A DNA stretch of 64,000 nucleotides from positions 1,094-65,093 of the IMG/VR virus record IMGVR_UViG_3300034170_000089; one strand, given 5' to 3'. The notes below the pieces were generated by a model, which made no database searches, was not told where the DNA came from, and was given only the letters and a program-made list of their open reading frames with translations. The DNA comes from a virus (taxonomy: Duplodnaviria; Caudoviricetes). The translations under genes and the position numbers were made by a program. Positions within the stretch are counted from its first letter, which is position 1. The number at the start of each line of letters is the position of its first letter. Of the stretch, positions 35,474 through 44,793 are shown piece by piece.

Positions 35474-36866
35474 GGCTGACCTCCGGCATCTCGTCCCAGG
35501 TCCGCCCGTCGAGGATCCGGCCCGCGCGCTTCTTGCCGGAGGGTGACATCATCCAGCAGCCCGGCGGCGGCTGGCCGTCCGTCTTCGGGTTCCAGGTCCC
35601 GCCGTCCTGGTCGACGATTTCGACGCCACGACGGTCGAGCACGCGGTCACGGATCGTGTCGTCGTTCGCGTAGTAGCCGCAGAGCGGCTCCCACTGGCCC
35701 CACTGCTTGAAGAAGAACGGCACCCCCGCGGCGTGGCACCGATCCCGGATCGACCGGACCCAGTCCGGGTGCATCGGCCGCGCGCCGGGGCCGCTCTCTC
35801 CGCCCGCGATGACCCAGTGGAGCTTCCCTTTATACTCGCCCTGTGGCGTGAGCCATCGGCTCATCCAGCCGGAGCCGCGACCACCAGAAGCCGGGAGCAC
35901 CTGCCCGTCGTCGGTGATGACGCGGCCGATGTTGTTCCAGCAGTGAACATACCGTCCGGTCACTCCGACCGTCGCCATCTTGTCGACCATCGCCCAGCCG
36001 GAGGCGCCCACGGCACACCTGACCCTGGCTCCCGTTCGCGGCACCGCCTGCGCGCTGTGATCCCGCATCCATGCGCGTGGCCCGCGCCCCATAGCCGGCG
36101 ACCAGAAGGTCTCGATCGTGCGGCGGAGCTCCGTCGGCACCCAGTCATCCCACCGGTACTCGCTCCACGACTCAGGAACGCCCGAGACGTCAGCCAGAGG
36201 CGCGTGGTCGCCCCATCCCCGCAGGTCCACCGAGCCCAGCAGCGGCTCGACGCTGAGGAACCGGACCGCGGCCGGGGTGGCGAGCAGCTCCGGGATCCGT
36301 TCGTCGGCGGCGGCCTGGTTCTCGACGCTCACCCCCAGCCAGACGTTCTTGAGCGGCCCGTGGACGGCCATGGAGAACGAGGGATCGATCCCGGTTCGCT
36401 CGAACTCGCGCCGCTGCGCCCCACCCTCTACGCAAGCCCAGAAGATGCCGCTCTCGTCTCCGAGGAGCTTCGCCATCCTGTCTGGACGTTTGGTCAATAT
36501 CTGGAAGGTGTGACGTTCGGCGAGCGCCATCACCGAGAAGACCTCCATGATGAAGTCGTCGGGGACAGATGGGTGGAAAAGGTCGGCCTGGTTCCCCACG
36601 AAGATCCGCTGAGGCTCGCGCCAGCGCAGCGGGGCGTCGAGATGGTGCGGGAGCAGGTTCACCTTCCCCGTCCACCGGAGGGCGCCGCTGGACGTCTTCT
36701 CGACCAGGCCGGCCCGGTCCTCGGCGATCTTCTTGTTCGGGTTGTGAGCCATCCGCCAGACGGTCCGGACGGCGTAGCACTGTGCGCAGCCGGCTGAACA
36801 TGGAGTGCAGCCAAGCAGGGGTGACCAGGTCGCGTCGGTCCACTCGATCTTGCTGTTGGTGCTCAT
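35466..36866 (-). CDS. Phage Gp37/Gp68 (DUF5131) protein with an internal insertion
   Basis: SKIEWTDATW, GC...GCAQCYA, DLFH, FQILTKRP, WLGVSVENQ, SVEPLLG, WVIAGGESG, FFFKQWG, GRTWDE. Confidence 0.9.
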   Translation of the reverse strand: MSTNSKIEWTDATWSPLLGCTPCSAGCAQCYAVRTVWRMAHNPNKKIAEDRAGLVEKTSSGALRWTGKVNLLPHHLDAPLRWREPQRIFVGNQADLFHPSVPDDFIMEVFSVMALAERHTFQILTKRPDRMAKLLGDESGIFWACVEGGAQRREFERTGIDPSFSMAVHGPLKNVWLGVSVENQAAADERIPELLATPAAVRFLSVEPLLGSVDLRGWGDHAPLADVSGVPESWSEYRWDDWVPTELRRTIETFWSPAMGRGPRAWMRDHSAQAVPRTGARVRCAVGASGWAMVDKMATVGVTGRYVHCWNNIGRVITDDGQVLPASGGRGSGWMSRWLTPQGEYKGKLHWVIAGGESGPGARPMHPDWVRSIRDRCHAAGVPFFFKQWGQWEPLCGYYANDDTIRDRVLDRRGVEIVDQDGGTWNPKTDGQPPPGCWMMSPSGKKRAGRILDGRTWDEMPEVSHG

Positions 36867-37013
36867 TTTGGGCTCGTCCTCATGCGTGACGTGACAACCA
36901 CGCGGCGATCTCGAGAATGGCGACGTTGACCAGCGCAAGCGCCTGCATGACCAACACCAGCACCAGCACGACCGCGCGGCACAATTCCATCGCGGCTAGA
37001 CAGAGGGCCCTCC

Positions 37014-37202
37014 TCACCGCCGCTCCTCGCTGCGGTCCCACGCGAAGTCGGACCGCTGCAGCTCTTCGTCCTGCGGGTGGCGCTTCATCACGTGCTCCGG
37101 CACGTGGTCGATCGGGTCGATTGGACGGCGCGCCGGCCTGAACCCGGACCGAAGGGCCGCAACCACGTTCCGCTGGGTCTTGAGGGTGCTCTCGGCGATC
37201 AT
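37014..37202 (-). CDS. Hypothetical protein
   Basis: ATGA overlap. Confidence 0.4.
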   Translation of the reverse strand: MIAESTLKTQRNVVAALRSGFRPARRPIDPIDHVPEHVMKRHPQDEELQRSDFAWDRSEERR

Positions 37203-37486
37203 CGGCCACTCCCGGTCACGAAGTGGAGAGAGGGGAGCCGCGGCGGCGGGCGCGGAGATCCGGCCAGCTTCCCGGCAACACACGCGAAGCAGAGCCGCGG
37301 ATCGTCCCCGTAGGCTCCCTTGGCAGCCCCCCAGCACCCGTCCGACGGGCGGTACATCTCCTCGCCCTGCGGCGTCACCTCTCGGCAGATCGAGCAGGGT
37401 GCGCCCCTTGAGCGGACCGGCTGGCGGATGAAAAGCAGTCCCGCGAGCAGCACCTTGCAATCGTCGATTCGTCTCGTATCACTCAT
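37199..37486 (-). CDS. Zinc-finger protein
   Basis: CSIC...CFAC. Confidence 0.5.
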   Translation of the reverse strand: MSDTRRIDDCKVLLAGLLFIRQPVRSRGAPCSICREVTPQGEEMYRPSDGCWGAAKGAYGDDPRLCFACVAGKLAGSPRPPPRLPSLHFVTGSGR

Positions 37487-37962
37487 CGTTCACTCCGGAC
37501 TTGCGCAGACTTCGCTTCCTTGGACTTCGCCGTGCGGTGGCGGATCTCCCTCTCGGCCATCCGGAACCGGAGCCGGATGGCCCACCGGAGGGCGCGGGCG
37601 AGCACCTCCGGATCGGCGCGCTCGTATGCGCGGTGGCAGTAGGTGCAGATCCCCGCCACCGTCTCGGGCGACTCGTACTCGGTGCGCCGGCCGTTCCCCG
37701 AGAGGAGGTGATGCGGGTCGTCGGCCATCTGCCCGCAACCCCACTCGCACCGGCCATCGACGAGGCGCGTCTTCACAGCCTCCTTGATCGCCGCCCACCT
37801 CTCCAGCTTCTGCTCCTTCGTGAGCCGCTCCTTGCCGAGCCGCTCGCTCTTCATCTCTTTGCGCCACGCCGGCGCGGGCTTCGGCCGGAGGAGCCGCGCG
37901 ATTTTGGCGCGCGTCTTCCGGGGAAGGTCCGCGAGGCGGAAGGTGTCGCGGTTGGCTGCCAT
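37483..37962 (-). CDS. HNH-like nuclease
   Basis: CEWGC...DPHHLL...ICTYCH. Confidence 0.6.
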   Translation of the reverse strand: MAANRDTFRLADLPRKTRAKIARLLRPKPAPAWRKEMKSERLGKERLTKEQKLERWAAIKEAVKTRLVDGRCEWGCGQMADDPHHLLSGNGRRTEYESPETVAGICTYCHRAYERADPEVLARALRWAIRLRFRMAEREIRHRTAKSKEAKSAQVRSER

Positions 37963-38213
37963 CACGCAACCCTCGTCCCGAGCAACTCGATCCCGCGGAT
38001 GGCGCGCTGCAGGGTCGCGTCGATCGTGTCGCCGTGAAACCAGGTGATCGTCGGCCCGTCCCCGAGTCGCAGGCCGATTGCCACGGGCTCCGGCATGATC
38101 TGCCACCGGGAGATCTCGACGAACCCGGGATGCGTGAGCACTCTTCGTAGATCAAGGTGCATCCCGTACCAGGGGACCCGATCTGGACCGAGCGGAGGCT
38201 GAACCATCTTCAC
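37962..38213 (-). CDS. Hypothetical protein
   Basis: Coupled ORF. Confidence 0.5.
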   Translation of the reverse strand: MKMVQPPLGPDRVPWYGMHLDLRRVLTHPGFVEISRWQIMPEPVAIGLRLGDGPTITWFHGDTIDATLQRAIRGIELLGTRVA

Positions 38214-38446
38214 GGCTGTTCTCCGTTAGTGACATCGGTCATCGACTCGACGCGCTTCCGGGCCTTTGCCATCGCGGCCTCTGCGCTCTGGCCGAACACC
38301 CAGACGAGCTTCTTGTCCGGCTTCGCGAGCGTCACCTCGAAGGCGGCTTCACCGGTCTTCTGGATTCCGCGGTAGCGCCGGCCGATCTGCTCGACGATCC
38401 AGGCCCGGTCCGCGGTCGCCCTCGGGGTGAGCTCGAAGTCAGGCAT
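38210..38446 (-). CDS. Hypothetical protein
   Basis: Coupled ORF. Confidence 0.5.
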   Translation of the reverse strand: MPDFELTPRATADRAWIVEQIGRRYRGIQKTGEAAFEVTLAKPDKKLVWVFGQSAEAAMAKARKRVESMTDVTNGEQP

Positions 38447-38780
38447 GGCCGGTCTTCTTCGCGCGCTCTGCGAGCATTGCGTCGGCAAAGAGGTAGGCCT
38501 GCGCCACCACGGTAGACACGAGCTCGGGCAGGTCCACGGGATGGACGCAATCCGATCCCTCGATGAGCGGAGCCATCGCCATCGCGGCGAGCCGATCGCG
38601 CTGGGCCGGGTGCTCGGGGTGCTCGCCGCAAACGTCGTCGGGATCGACCTGGGGCCAGGCGTGGTCCGTGATGGTGAGCACCGCGCCAGGCGGTCTCCGG
38701 CGGCAGGCGTTGTAGAGGTGCCGGCGATTGCCAGAGGCGAGCGCGAAGAAAGGGCAGGTCTCGCAGGTCGGATCAGCCAT
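38439..38780 (-). CDS. Hypothetical protein with RD.LAAMA...AY..ADAMLAER module
   Basis: Cys-rich N-terminus plus a common small phage C-terminal module. Confidence 0.6.
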   Translation of the reverse strand: MADPTCETCPFFALASGNRRHLYNACRRRPPGAVLTITDHAWPQVDPDDVCGEHPEHPAQRDRLAAMAMAPLIEGSDCVHPVDLPELVSTVVAQAYLFADAMLAERAKKTGHA

Positions 38781-39132
38781 TGGACACGTCCTCTCCGGTG
38801 AGGGTGGACGGAACCGCCGCGACCCGCTGATCAATCTCGGCGCGGCGTTCCCGCTCGGCGACCATCGCTTCGGCGGCGTCGTAGGCGAGTCTGGCGCACA
38901 GGGCGTCGTCGACCCCCTCGTTCCTGGAGTAAACGGCCGTCAGAATACCGGGGAGCGCCATCGCGGCAAGCTGGTCGCGGCTCGGGGAGGCCTGCGCCCC
39001 AGAGAGCGCCGCATGGAGACCCTCCGCGATCCCGTGCGCGATCATCTCTCCGAGAGCGTGGGCCGTGCCGCTGCCGACCGCGTGCTCGATCTCTCGGGTG
39101 ATGCAGCCGTAGACCAGGTCGAGGTCAGCCAT
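38773..39132 (-). CDS. Hypothetical protein with RD.LAAMA...AY..AEAMVAER module
   Basis: Paralogous C-terminal module to neighbour; RBS GGAGG. Confidence 0.6.
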   Translation of the reverse strand: MADLDLVYGCITREIEHAVGSGTAHALGEMIAHGIAEGLHAALSGAQASPSRDQLAAMALPGILTAVYSRNEGVDDALCARLAYDAAEAMVAERERRAEIDQRVAAVPSTLTGEDVSNG

Positions 39133-40444
39133 TCGCCACCTCCGCGCCCTCGACCTCGCCGTCCACGATCAGGATCCCGTCGCCGGGGCCAGAAGAGACG
39201 GTCTCGAGGAACACCTGCAGGTCGAGCCGCTCGGCCTCGCCTCGCAGGAGCTCGAGCGAGTCCTCGTCGAGGAGCGACCCGTCTCGCACCAGCATCGCCC
39301 GCAGCTTCGGGTTGAGCGCCGCGCCGATCGCCACGCTGATCCGGAGCTGCTCAGCCTGCGAGGCCTGGTCGAACGGGAGCCCGTGGTAGGTCACCCCGGC
39401 GTCGCTGAACGAGAGGCCGGAGATCGGGAACTTCGCCTTGGCCAGGAGCTTGGCCTTCTCCTCGTCGATCTGCTTGATGGAGGCGTCGAGGTCGCGGGCC
39501 GTGGCCTCGGCGTCGTCGAGCGCCGAGAGGGCGTCCTGGCGGGCCTGCGCGGCGCGGACGGAGGCGTTGATGCTCTCGATCTCCCGCAGCTTCGCGGGGA
39601 TCTCCTGGAGGTCAGGGTCACGGAGAGCAGCCACCTCAGTTTTGAGAGCGGCGCCCTTCTGCCCGACCTGCTCGCGAGCCTCGCGCGCCTGGACGAGCTG
39701 CGCCTGGCGGTCGGCGAGCTGGGTCTGGAGGGCGGCAATCTGTTCCTGGACGCCCTTGATAGCCGCCTCGATCCGCTCGACCTCCTCGCCGGCGCGGCGG
39801 TACTCCACTCGCACCGCATCGAGAGCGAGCCGCTTCCGCTCGTTGGCGGTCTTCTGCTCGCTCCTCCGCTGGTGCTCCTCGGTGAGTTCGGCCGCGCTCA
39901 CCTCCGCAGGGGGCGCCGCGACCTCCGGCATGGTCGCCAGACGCGCGCGGACCTGGTCCACCTGCCGGTTGGCGTCGGTCCTGGAGGCGTAGTACTTCGC
40001 CCGATTGGCGTCGAGCTGGGTGAAGTCGAGGCCGGAGAGGCGCCGGATCGTCTCGGCCTGCTCCTTCGCCGGGAGGCGGGTGAACGCGAGCGGGTCGAAG
40101 GTGAGCTTGCCGATCAGATCGTCGAGCCGCGTCTGGGCCTTGTTGTAGGGTTCCCCGTCCTTGTGCTTGAGCGTCAGGGTGGAGCGGCTCCCGCCGGCGG
40201 TCCAGCGCCGCTCGGCGACGAAGTCCTCGTCGAGCTCGACCCGGACCATCGCGCCGTCAGCGCCGCGGCGAACCGGCTCGGAGGGGCAGAGGTCCGCCCC
40301 GCCGAACACGGCCGCGATGGCGTCGAGGCAGGAGCTCTTCCCCGCCCCGTTCTTCCCGCGGATCGACACCACCGAGCCCTTGGGCGTGATCTCGAGGGCC
40401 TTGATCCTCTTGAAGTTGGACACTTCCAGCTTGACGATCTTCAT
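39125..40444 (-). CDS. SMC/SbcC-like AAA ATPase
   Basis: NFKRIK, Walker A GKNGAGKSS, long coiled coil, QASQAEQ signature, LVRDGSLLD. Confidence 0.85.
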   Translation of the reverse strand: MKIVKLEVSNFKRIKALEITPKGSVVSIRGKNGAGKSSCLDAIAAVFGGADLCPSEPVRRGADGAMVRVELDEDFVAERRWTAGGSRSTLTLKHKDGEPYNKAQTRLDDLIGKLTFDPLAFTRLPAKEQAETIRRLSGLDFTQLDANRAKYYASRTDANRQVDQVRARLATMPEVAAPPAEVSAAELTEEHQRRSEQKTANERKRLALDAVRVEYRRAGEEVERIEAAIKGVQEQIAALQTQLADRQAQLVQAREAREQVGQKGAALKTEVAALRDPDLQEIPAKLREIESINASVRAAQARQDALSALDDAEATARDLDASIKQIDEEKAKLLAKAKFPISGLSFSDAGVTYHGLPFDQASQAEQLRISVAIGAALNPKLRAMLVRDGSLLDEDSLELLRGEAERLDLQVFLETVSSGPGDGILIVDGEVEGAEVANG

Positions 40445-40479
40445 GACGCGCTCCTTGATTCACTGGTGGTCTTGCGTTG

Positions 40480-41661
40480 CTACTTCGCGGCGAATTCGTC
40501 GTCTTCCTTGGGCTCGTCCCCGTCGTCCGAGCCGGGCTCGCGAGCGTTCGCCGCCGCGGCCTGGGCGAGGTCGGCCGCGCGCTGCTTCGCCTCCTTCTCC
40601 AGGCGGGCGCGCTCTTCCTCCGCGCTCTCGAACTGGACGTCGTCGGCGGGGGCGGCGGGCCGCGCAGACCCAGCGGTGGGGAGCTCGGGCTGCGCGGCGG
40701 CAGGCGCTGCCTTGCGCATCGCGGCCTTCACCGCTGCGGCGCCCTTCGTGGGGGCAGGCGCTGCGCTAGCTGCCGCGGCGCGAGCGGGCGCGTCGTCGGG
40801 CGCCTTCGCGTCCATCACGTCACGCCAGTTCGCCTCACCGTCCTTGATCGCGGTGTAGATCCCGCGCAGTTCCTCGAGTTCCTTCGGCTGCGGCGCGCCG
40901 TCATGGCCGAGCCACTGCTTGAGGCTGTCCACGGTGACGCCCAGCGCGCCGAAGGCGTCGTAGAGTTTGCGGAGGGCGGCATCGGGGTCGGCCGCGGCCT
41001 CGCTGTTGCGGGTGGTGCGGACGAGCTCCATGCACTCGTCGATGAGCCAACCCGGCACCAGGCGGAGCCCGGTGGTGCGGAGCGCCTTCGACACCAGGGC
41101 GTTCTCCTGGTTCAGGATCTCGTCGTCGGTGGCCTCGACGACGAAGACCGGCTTTCCGTAGCTATTGGTGCGGGTCCGGATGGCGGACTGACCGTCCTTG
41201 AGGCTCGAACGCTCCACCCGCTTCATGATCGTCACGTCTTTGGAGTGCGTGACGTTGGTCTCCATGTCGGAGACCGTGACCCGGAGGATCCGCTTCTCCG
41301 CGTCGTCGTAGATGGCGGGGGTCTCGATCGCGAGGTTGCCCATCGCTTGCAGGCACGCTTCCGCGAACCGGATGGAGGGCCCCTCCAGCCCCTTGCCCAC
41401 CGGCTTGTGGTAGATGGCCACGGCCGCGAAGCTGGGGCGCTTGCACTCTTTGAGCAGCTTCTCCCGGACCGAGTCGACGTCGCGAGGCTTCGCGAGCGCG
41501 ATCTCGAACCGGGCCGAGACGAGCGCCTTGGCCTGCGCCGCGAGGACAGCCGACGCGGTCTCCCCGGTCGTCGCCAGAGGCACGGACTGGGGCGCCTGCG
41601 CCACGATCGCCGTGGGCCTGGGCTGGTAGGTGGTGGTGCTGCCGTTACCGTTGGTCGCCAT
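40480..41661 (-). CDS. Putative single-strand annealing / recombination protein
   Basis: Between YqaJ nuclease and SMC-like ATPase; PRD...CKRPSFA..AIY.KP...EGPSIRFAE; acidic C-terminal tail. Confidence 0.65.
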   Translation of the reverse strand: MATNGNGSTTTYQPRPTAIVAQAPQSVPLATTGETASAVLAAQAKALVSARFEIALAKPRDVDSVREKLLKECKRPSFAAVAIYHKPVGKGLEGPSIRFAEACLQAMGNLAIETPAIYDDAEKRILRVTVSDMETNVTHSKDVTIMKRVERSSLKDGQSAIRTRTNSYGKPVFVVEATDDEILNQENALVSKALRTTGLRLVPGWLIDECMELVRTTRNSEAAADPDAALRKLYDAFGALGVTVDSLKQWLGHDGAPQPKELEELRGIYTAIKDGEANWRDVMDAKAPDDAPARAAAASAAPAPTKGAAAVKAAMRKAAPAAAQPELPTAGSARPAAPADDVQFESAEEERARLEKEAKQRAADLAQAAAANAREPGSDDGDEPKEDDEFAAK

Positions 41662-41666
41662 GTGCG

Positions 41667-42692
41667 TTACTCCTTGAAAGTCGGTCGGAAACTGCGCGTT
41701 CCGGGTTTGGTGATGGTGAAGTCGCGGAGAACCTCGGCCCACAGCGCCTCCAGCTTGGCGCGCGGGATCGAGAAGCCGCCCCCCAGCGGACCCTCGTTGA
41801 GTCGGATGATGAAGCCCTCGATCGCCCTCTCCAGGTCGACCGAGGTCCGGCCCTTGCTCGCCTTGTATGTGATGCGCCCCCAGGCCCCGGTCATGCCGGC
41901 CGCGTCGCCGATGAGGAGGGCGAGGTGGTTGCGTGCCTCCAGCTCCCGGGCCTCAGCGCGCTCACCGATCGACCGCGCGCGCCGGAGCCGCTTGGCCCAG
42001 CCGTCGGCCTCGGGCGTCGCGGCGACGAGCCCTGCACGCCTCTCGCGCTGCGAATTGAGCCAGCGGGTCCACTCCTCCGTGCCGTCCACTGGGGGTGGAA
42101 TGTCTGCGGCGACGTGCTTCGCCCAGAAGGTCTCGGCCGCCTCGATGATGCCGGCGCCGATCTCGGGGTCGTAGGGGACAATGAACTTGCCCGGGTCCGC
42201 CCCGGCGAACAGGGTCGCGAGCTCGGCAACCTCCCGCGTCCCCGTGCACTCCATCTGCGCGTGGAGCTGGACGACGAAGCGGGCCGGGATCTCGTCGGTG
42301 TCGTCCGGGCCCCAATCCTCGGACTTCTTGACGCGCACGTTCTTCGCATCGACGCAGCGGCGGTCTCCGTTGAGCCAGCGCGCGTCGAGCGAGGCGGCGA
42401 GGATCGGATGGTCGGCGCAGACCGTCAGCTCGTACGGGTCCGAGTGCTCGATCGCGACCTGGCGCTGGTCGGCGTACCACTCCAGGATCACCGGCTGGAG
42501 CCGGAGGCCGGCCTCCAGGAACGTGGACTCCCGGCCTCTCTCCAGCAGCCCCTGCTTCTCCAGGAAGACGCCCATCGGAGACCCGTAGGCGTCCGGGAGC
42601 CCCATGATCGCGGCCAGGTCGCTGGAGGTGATGTGCTTTCGCCGCTCGTCGAGCCACAGCACGCGTCGAATCGCTTCATTGACCGCTTCCAT
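41667..42692 (-). CDS. YqaJ-like viral recombinase exonuclease
   Basis: WLDERRKHITSSDLAAIMG, LEAGLRLQP, ASLDA, QLHAQM. Confidence 0.88.
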   Translation of the reverse strand: MEAVNEAIRRVLWLDERRKHITSSDLAAIMGLPDAYGSPMGVFLEKQGLLERGRESTFLEAGLRLQPVILEWYADQRQVAIEHSDPYELTVCADHPILAASLDARWLNGDRRCVDAKNVRVKKSEDWGPDDTDEIPARFVVQLHAQMECTGTREVAELATLFAGADPGKFIVPYDPEIGAGIIEAAETFWAKHVAADIPPPVDGTEEWTRWLNSQRERRAGLVAATPEADGWAKRLRRARSIGERAEARELEARNHLALLIGDAAGMTGAWGRITYKASKGRTSVDLERAIEGFIIRLNEGPLGGGFSIPRAKLEALWAEVLRDFTITKPGTRSFRPTFKE

Positions 42693-42726
42693 GCTTCACC
42701 TCAAGAAAACGAGACGCGAAAGTCGG

Positions 42727-42808
42727 CCCGGAGCGGCGAGCGGTCGGACGAGAAGAACGAGCGTGCCCGTCCGCTCCGGGGCTGGTTCTCGCCTGGGATC
42801 CAGGCGAG
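42727..42808 (-). other. Two intergenic stem-loops
   Basis: CCCGGAGCGG/CCGCTCCGGG (42727-42736/42771-42780) and CTCGCCTGG/CCAGGCGAG (42788-42796/42800-42808). Confidence 0.55.
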
Positions 42809-42812
42809 TCCG

Positions 42813-43016
42813 TCAACTCAGCAGATCCGTCGGCTTGACCCCGAGGCTCTTGGCGATGCTCTCCAGCGTGTCGAGCGGCGGGGAGCGTTGTTCCCTCTCG
42901 AGCATGCTGATGTAGCTGACCGAAAGACCGACCTTGGCCGCGAGAACCTCCTGGGAGAGCTTCCGGCGGAGTCGCTGCGTCTTGAGGTTGGTGGCGAAGT
43001 TGGCTGCGAGTCCCAT
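42813..43016 (-). CDS. XRE-family HTH regulator
   Basis: LSQEVLAAKVGLSVSYISMLERE.RSPPLDTLESIA. Confidence 0.9.
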   Translation of the reverse strand: MGLAANFATNLKTQRLRRKLSQEVLAAKVGLSVSYISMLEREQRSPPLDTLESIAKSLGVKPTDLLS

Positions 43017-43050
43017 GTGTTACCTCTGGGTGTTGCGGGTTGACCGCGGC

Positions 43051-43299
43051 TCAGCGCCGCGGAGTCGGCTGCTCTGCGATGAGGCCCGCTTCGGCGGCCT
43101 CGGAAAGCTCCACTGCGTCAATCAGGTTCGGGAGGGCGGGGCGCATCAGTTCGTCCACCGACAGCCACTCAAAGAGCGTCGTGCCCCCAGTCCTCGTTCG
43201 CCGGCTCGTCGTAGGGGTCCGGCTCTTCGCCCGGGTCGAGCGGACCGCCCGGCGCGTCGAGGTGGTCTTCTTGGTCTTCTCCGATGAGGTCGGGCACAT
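43051..43299 (-). CDS. Hypothetical protein
   Basis: ORF in leftward operon. Confidence 0.4.
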   Translation of the reverse strand: MCPTSSEKTKKTTSTRRAVRSTRAKSRTPTTSRRTRTGGTTLFEWLSVDELMRPALPNLIDAVELSEAAEAGLIAEQPTPRR

Positions 43300-43301
43300 G
43301 G

Positions 43302-43472
43302 TCACCACAGGTGTCCCGTCGAGGCCTTACGGATGGTGACGACGACCAGGATCGCCGTGATTGTCAGGACGATGGTGCAGGCGACCCGGATCCAGCGGGG
43401 CCACGACCAGATCTGGTCGATGACCCACCACTCGGCGCGCTTGAGCCAGCCTGCTCGGCGGTTCACGGTCAT
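43302..43472 (-). CDS. Small membrane protein (56 aa, not in ORF track)
   Basis: MTVNRRAGWLKRAEWWVIDQIWSWPRWIRVACTIVLTITAILVVVTIRKASTGHLW; ATGA overlap. Confidence 0.55.
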   Translation of the reverse strand: MTVNRRAGWLKRAEWWVIDQIWSWPRWIRVACTIVLTITAILVVVTIRKASTGHLW

Positions 43473-43726
43473 GCCGCCCTCCGGCCCATGATGATCCGCA
43501 TACCCCGGGCGTCGTCGCCCTCCGCGTAGGCGGAGAAGACCTCCCGGAGACGGGTGACGCGGCTCAGCTCGAGCTTGAACCGCTCGTCGTCCGCGCGGAG
43601 ACCCATCTCCATCTCCGCCGACATCAGCGCGATCTCCGCGTCCTTGTGGTCGCGCTCGGCGGCCCAGCGCGCCCTCCGCGCCTCCAGCTCGATCCTGCGC
43701 AGCTCTGCCAGTTGCTCGGGGGTCAT
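43469..43726 (-). CDS. Hypothetical protein
   Basis: RBS GGAG; helical. Confidence 0.55.
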   Translation of the reverse strand: MTPEQLAELRRIELEARRARWAAERDHKDAEIALMSAEMEMGLRADDERFKLELSRVTRLREVFSAYAEGDDARGMRIIMGRRAA

Positions 43727-43960
43727 GGTCAACTCCGCCCGCCCGTCAGAATCCGCTGCGCCTCGGCGAGATGTACCTTCGCCGCTTCCAGGTGCTTCGT
43801 TGCGCTCTCGAACCACGTCATGACGCGCTCCTTGTGCCGTGCTGCCGCTGCGGTGCTTCGTCTCGCTTCCGTCCGGCTCGACTCCTTTCCCCGGGGGGCA
43901 ACTTCACCTGGTCCCGTTGCAGGGGCGCGCCGTTCAACCGCTTGCTTCACGGTTCCAACG

Positions 43961-44019
43961 TTGGCGAAGATACCAACGTTGCCACGTTGGCGTCAAGACC
44001 AAGTTGGCGAAGACGCCAA
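43961..44019 (-). promoter_or_regulatory. Leftward promoter with three operator-like palindromes (OL-like)
   Basis: TTGGCGAAGATACCAA, TTGGCGTCAAGACCAA, TTGGCGAAGACGCCAA; minus-strand TTGACG-18 nt-TATCTT with TGn. Confidence 0.75.
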
Positions 44020-44096
44020 TATACTGGAAACACAAAAGGAACCGAGAGTCCGGCCTAAGGGGCAGGGGTCGGGGAGCGGCCGAAGGTGTTAGGTGC

Positions 44097-44348
44097 TCAG
44101 CGTCTCCGCGAGCGAGGGCGCAGGGCCCGTAGATCCGGCCGCACCTCGGAGATCACTCCGCGGAGATGCTCCTCGCCGTCCTTCAGATCTCCGCAGTGAA
44201 CCGAGACCTCGGCCAGGTTGGCTGCATGTCTGATGCGGCCGATTACGTCCAGTAGAACCGCTTCGCGCTGCCTGGTCTTCGACCAGCCCCGCCGCGCTGC
44301 GCTTGCCGTCATGGGTAGATCTGCATACCCCCAGTAGGAGTTAGACAC
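44097..44348 (-). CDS. Hypothetical protein in the immunity region
   Basis: ORF downstream of the repressor candidate; start uncertain. Confidence 0.35.
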   Translation of the reverse strand: MSNSYWGYADLPMTASAARRGWSKTRQREAVLLDVIGRIRHAANLAEVSVHCGDLKDGEEHLRGVISEVRPDLRALRPRSRRR

Positions 44349-44423
44349 AAGCAGTCAATCTGTCTTGTCGTGATCGCCCGCGCTTCCGGGTGGCGGAATC
44401 CGCCCGCTACTGTGCGGCGCGCG

Positions 44424-44774
44424 CTACAGGTTGAGGCTCGCCCGCGGCGGTCGCGGCAGGCTGCGCTCGCCGCGGAACGTGCGATCGATCTCGACGGCGT
44501 CTTCCCATCCTAGGAACGGCCATCCCCGGGGAGCGGCGGCCTCGTCGGCGATCACACCAAGCTGCTCGATTGAAAATCGGCTCTTCCCCCGTAGGCGGGG
44601 AGAGATGAGGTCAGGGGTCAGACCTAGCGCCTCGGCGATCCGGGCCTTACGCCCGCGCTTCGCCTCCATCCAGCGCTGAACCTCATAGGCCGCGTCGAAG
44701 TAGTTGTATCTGCCTGTTCGCGGGACCGGGATCTTCGTCGCCACTCTGATGACAAGTCTAGCAATTTTCGGCAC
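44424..44774 (-). CDS. HTH protein, repressor candidate
   Basis: KARIAEALGLTPDLISPRLRGKSRFSIEQL; divergent from Cro-like gene; start uncertain. Confidence 0.65.
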   Translation of the reverse strand: MPKIARLVIRVATKIPVPRTGRYNYFDAAYEVQRWMEAKRGRKARIAEALGLTPDLISPRLRGKSRFSIEQLGVIADEAAAPRGWPFLGWEDAVEIDRTFRGERSLPRPPRASLNL

Positions 44775-44793
44775 TTGAGTACGCCCCGTGTTG

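Noticed and set aside
35825-36225. Intein in DUF5131
   Set aside because: No N-terminal Cys/Ser block and no His-Asn followed by Cys/Ser/Thr at the insert end
35465-39132. Recurrent ATGGCTGA junctions (35466, 38773, 39125)
   Set aside because: Ordinary 8-nt start/stop overlaps for translational coupling
43955-44019. CRISPR-like mini-array
   Set aside because: Units are 16-bp degenerate palindromes with 1-10 nt gaps overlapping a promoter, so operators rather than repeats and spacers
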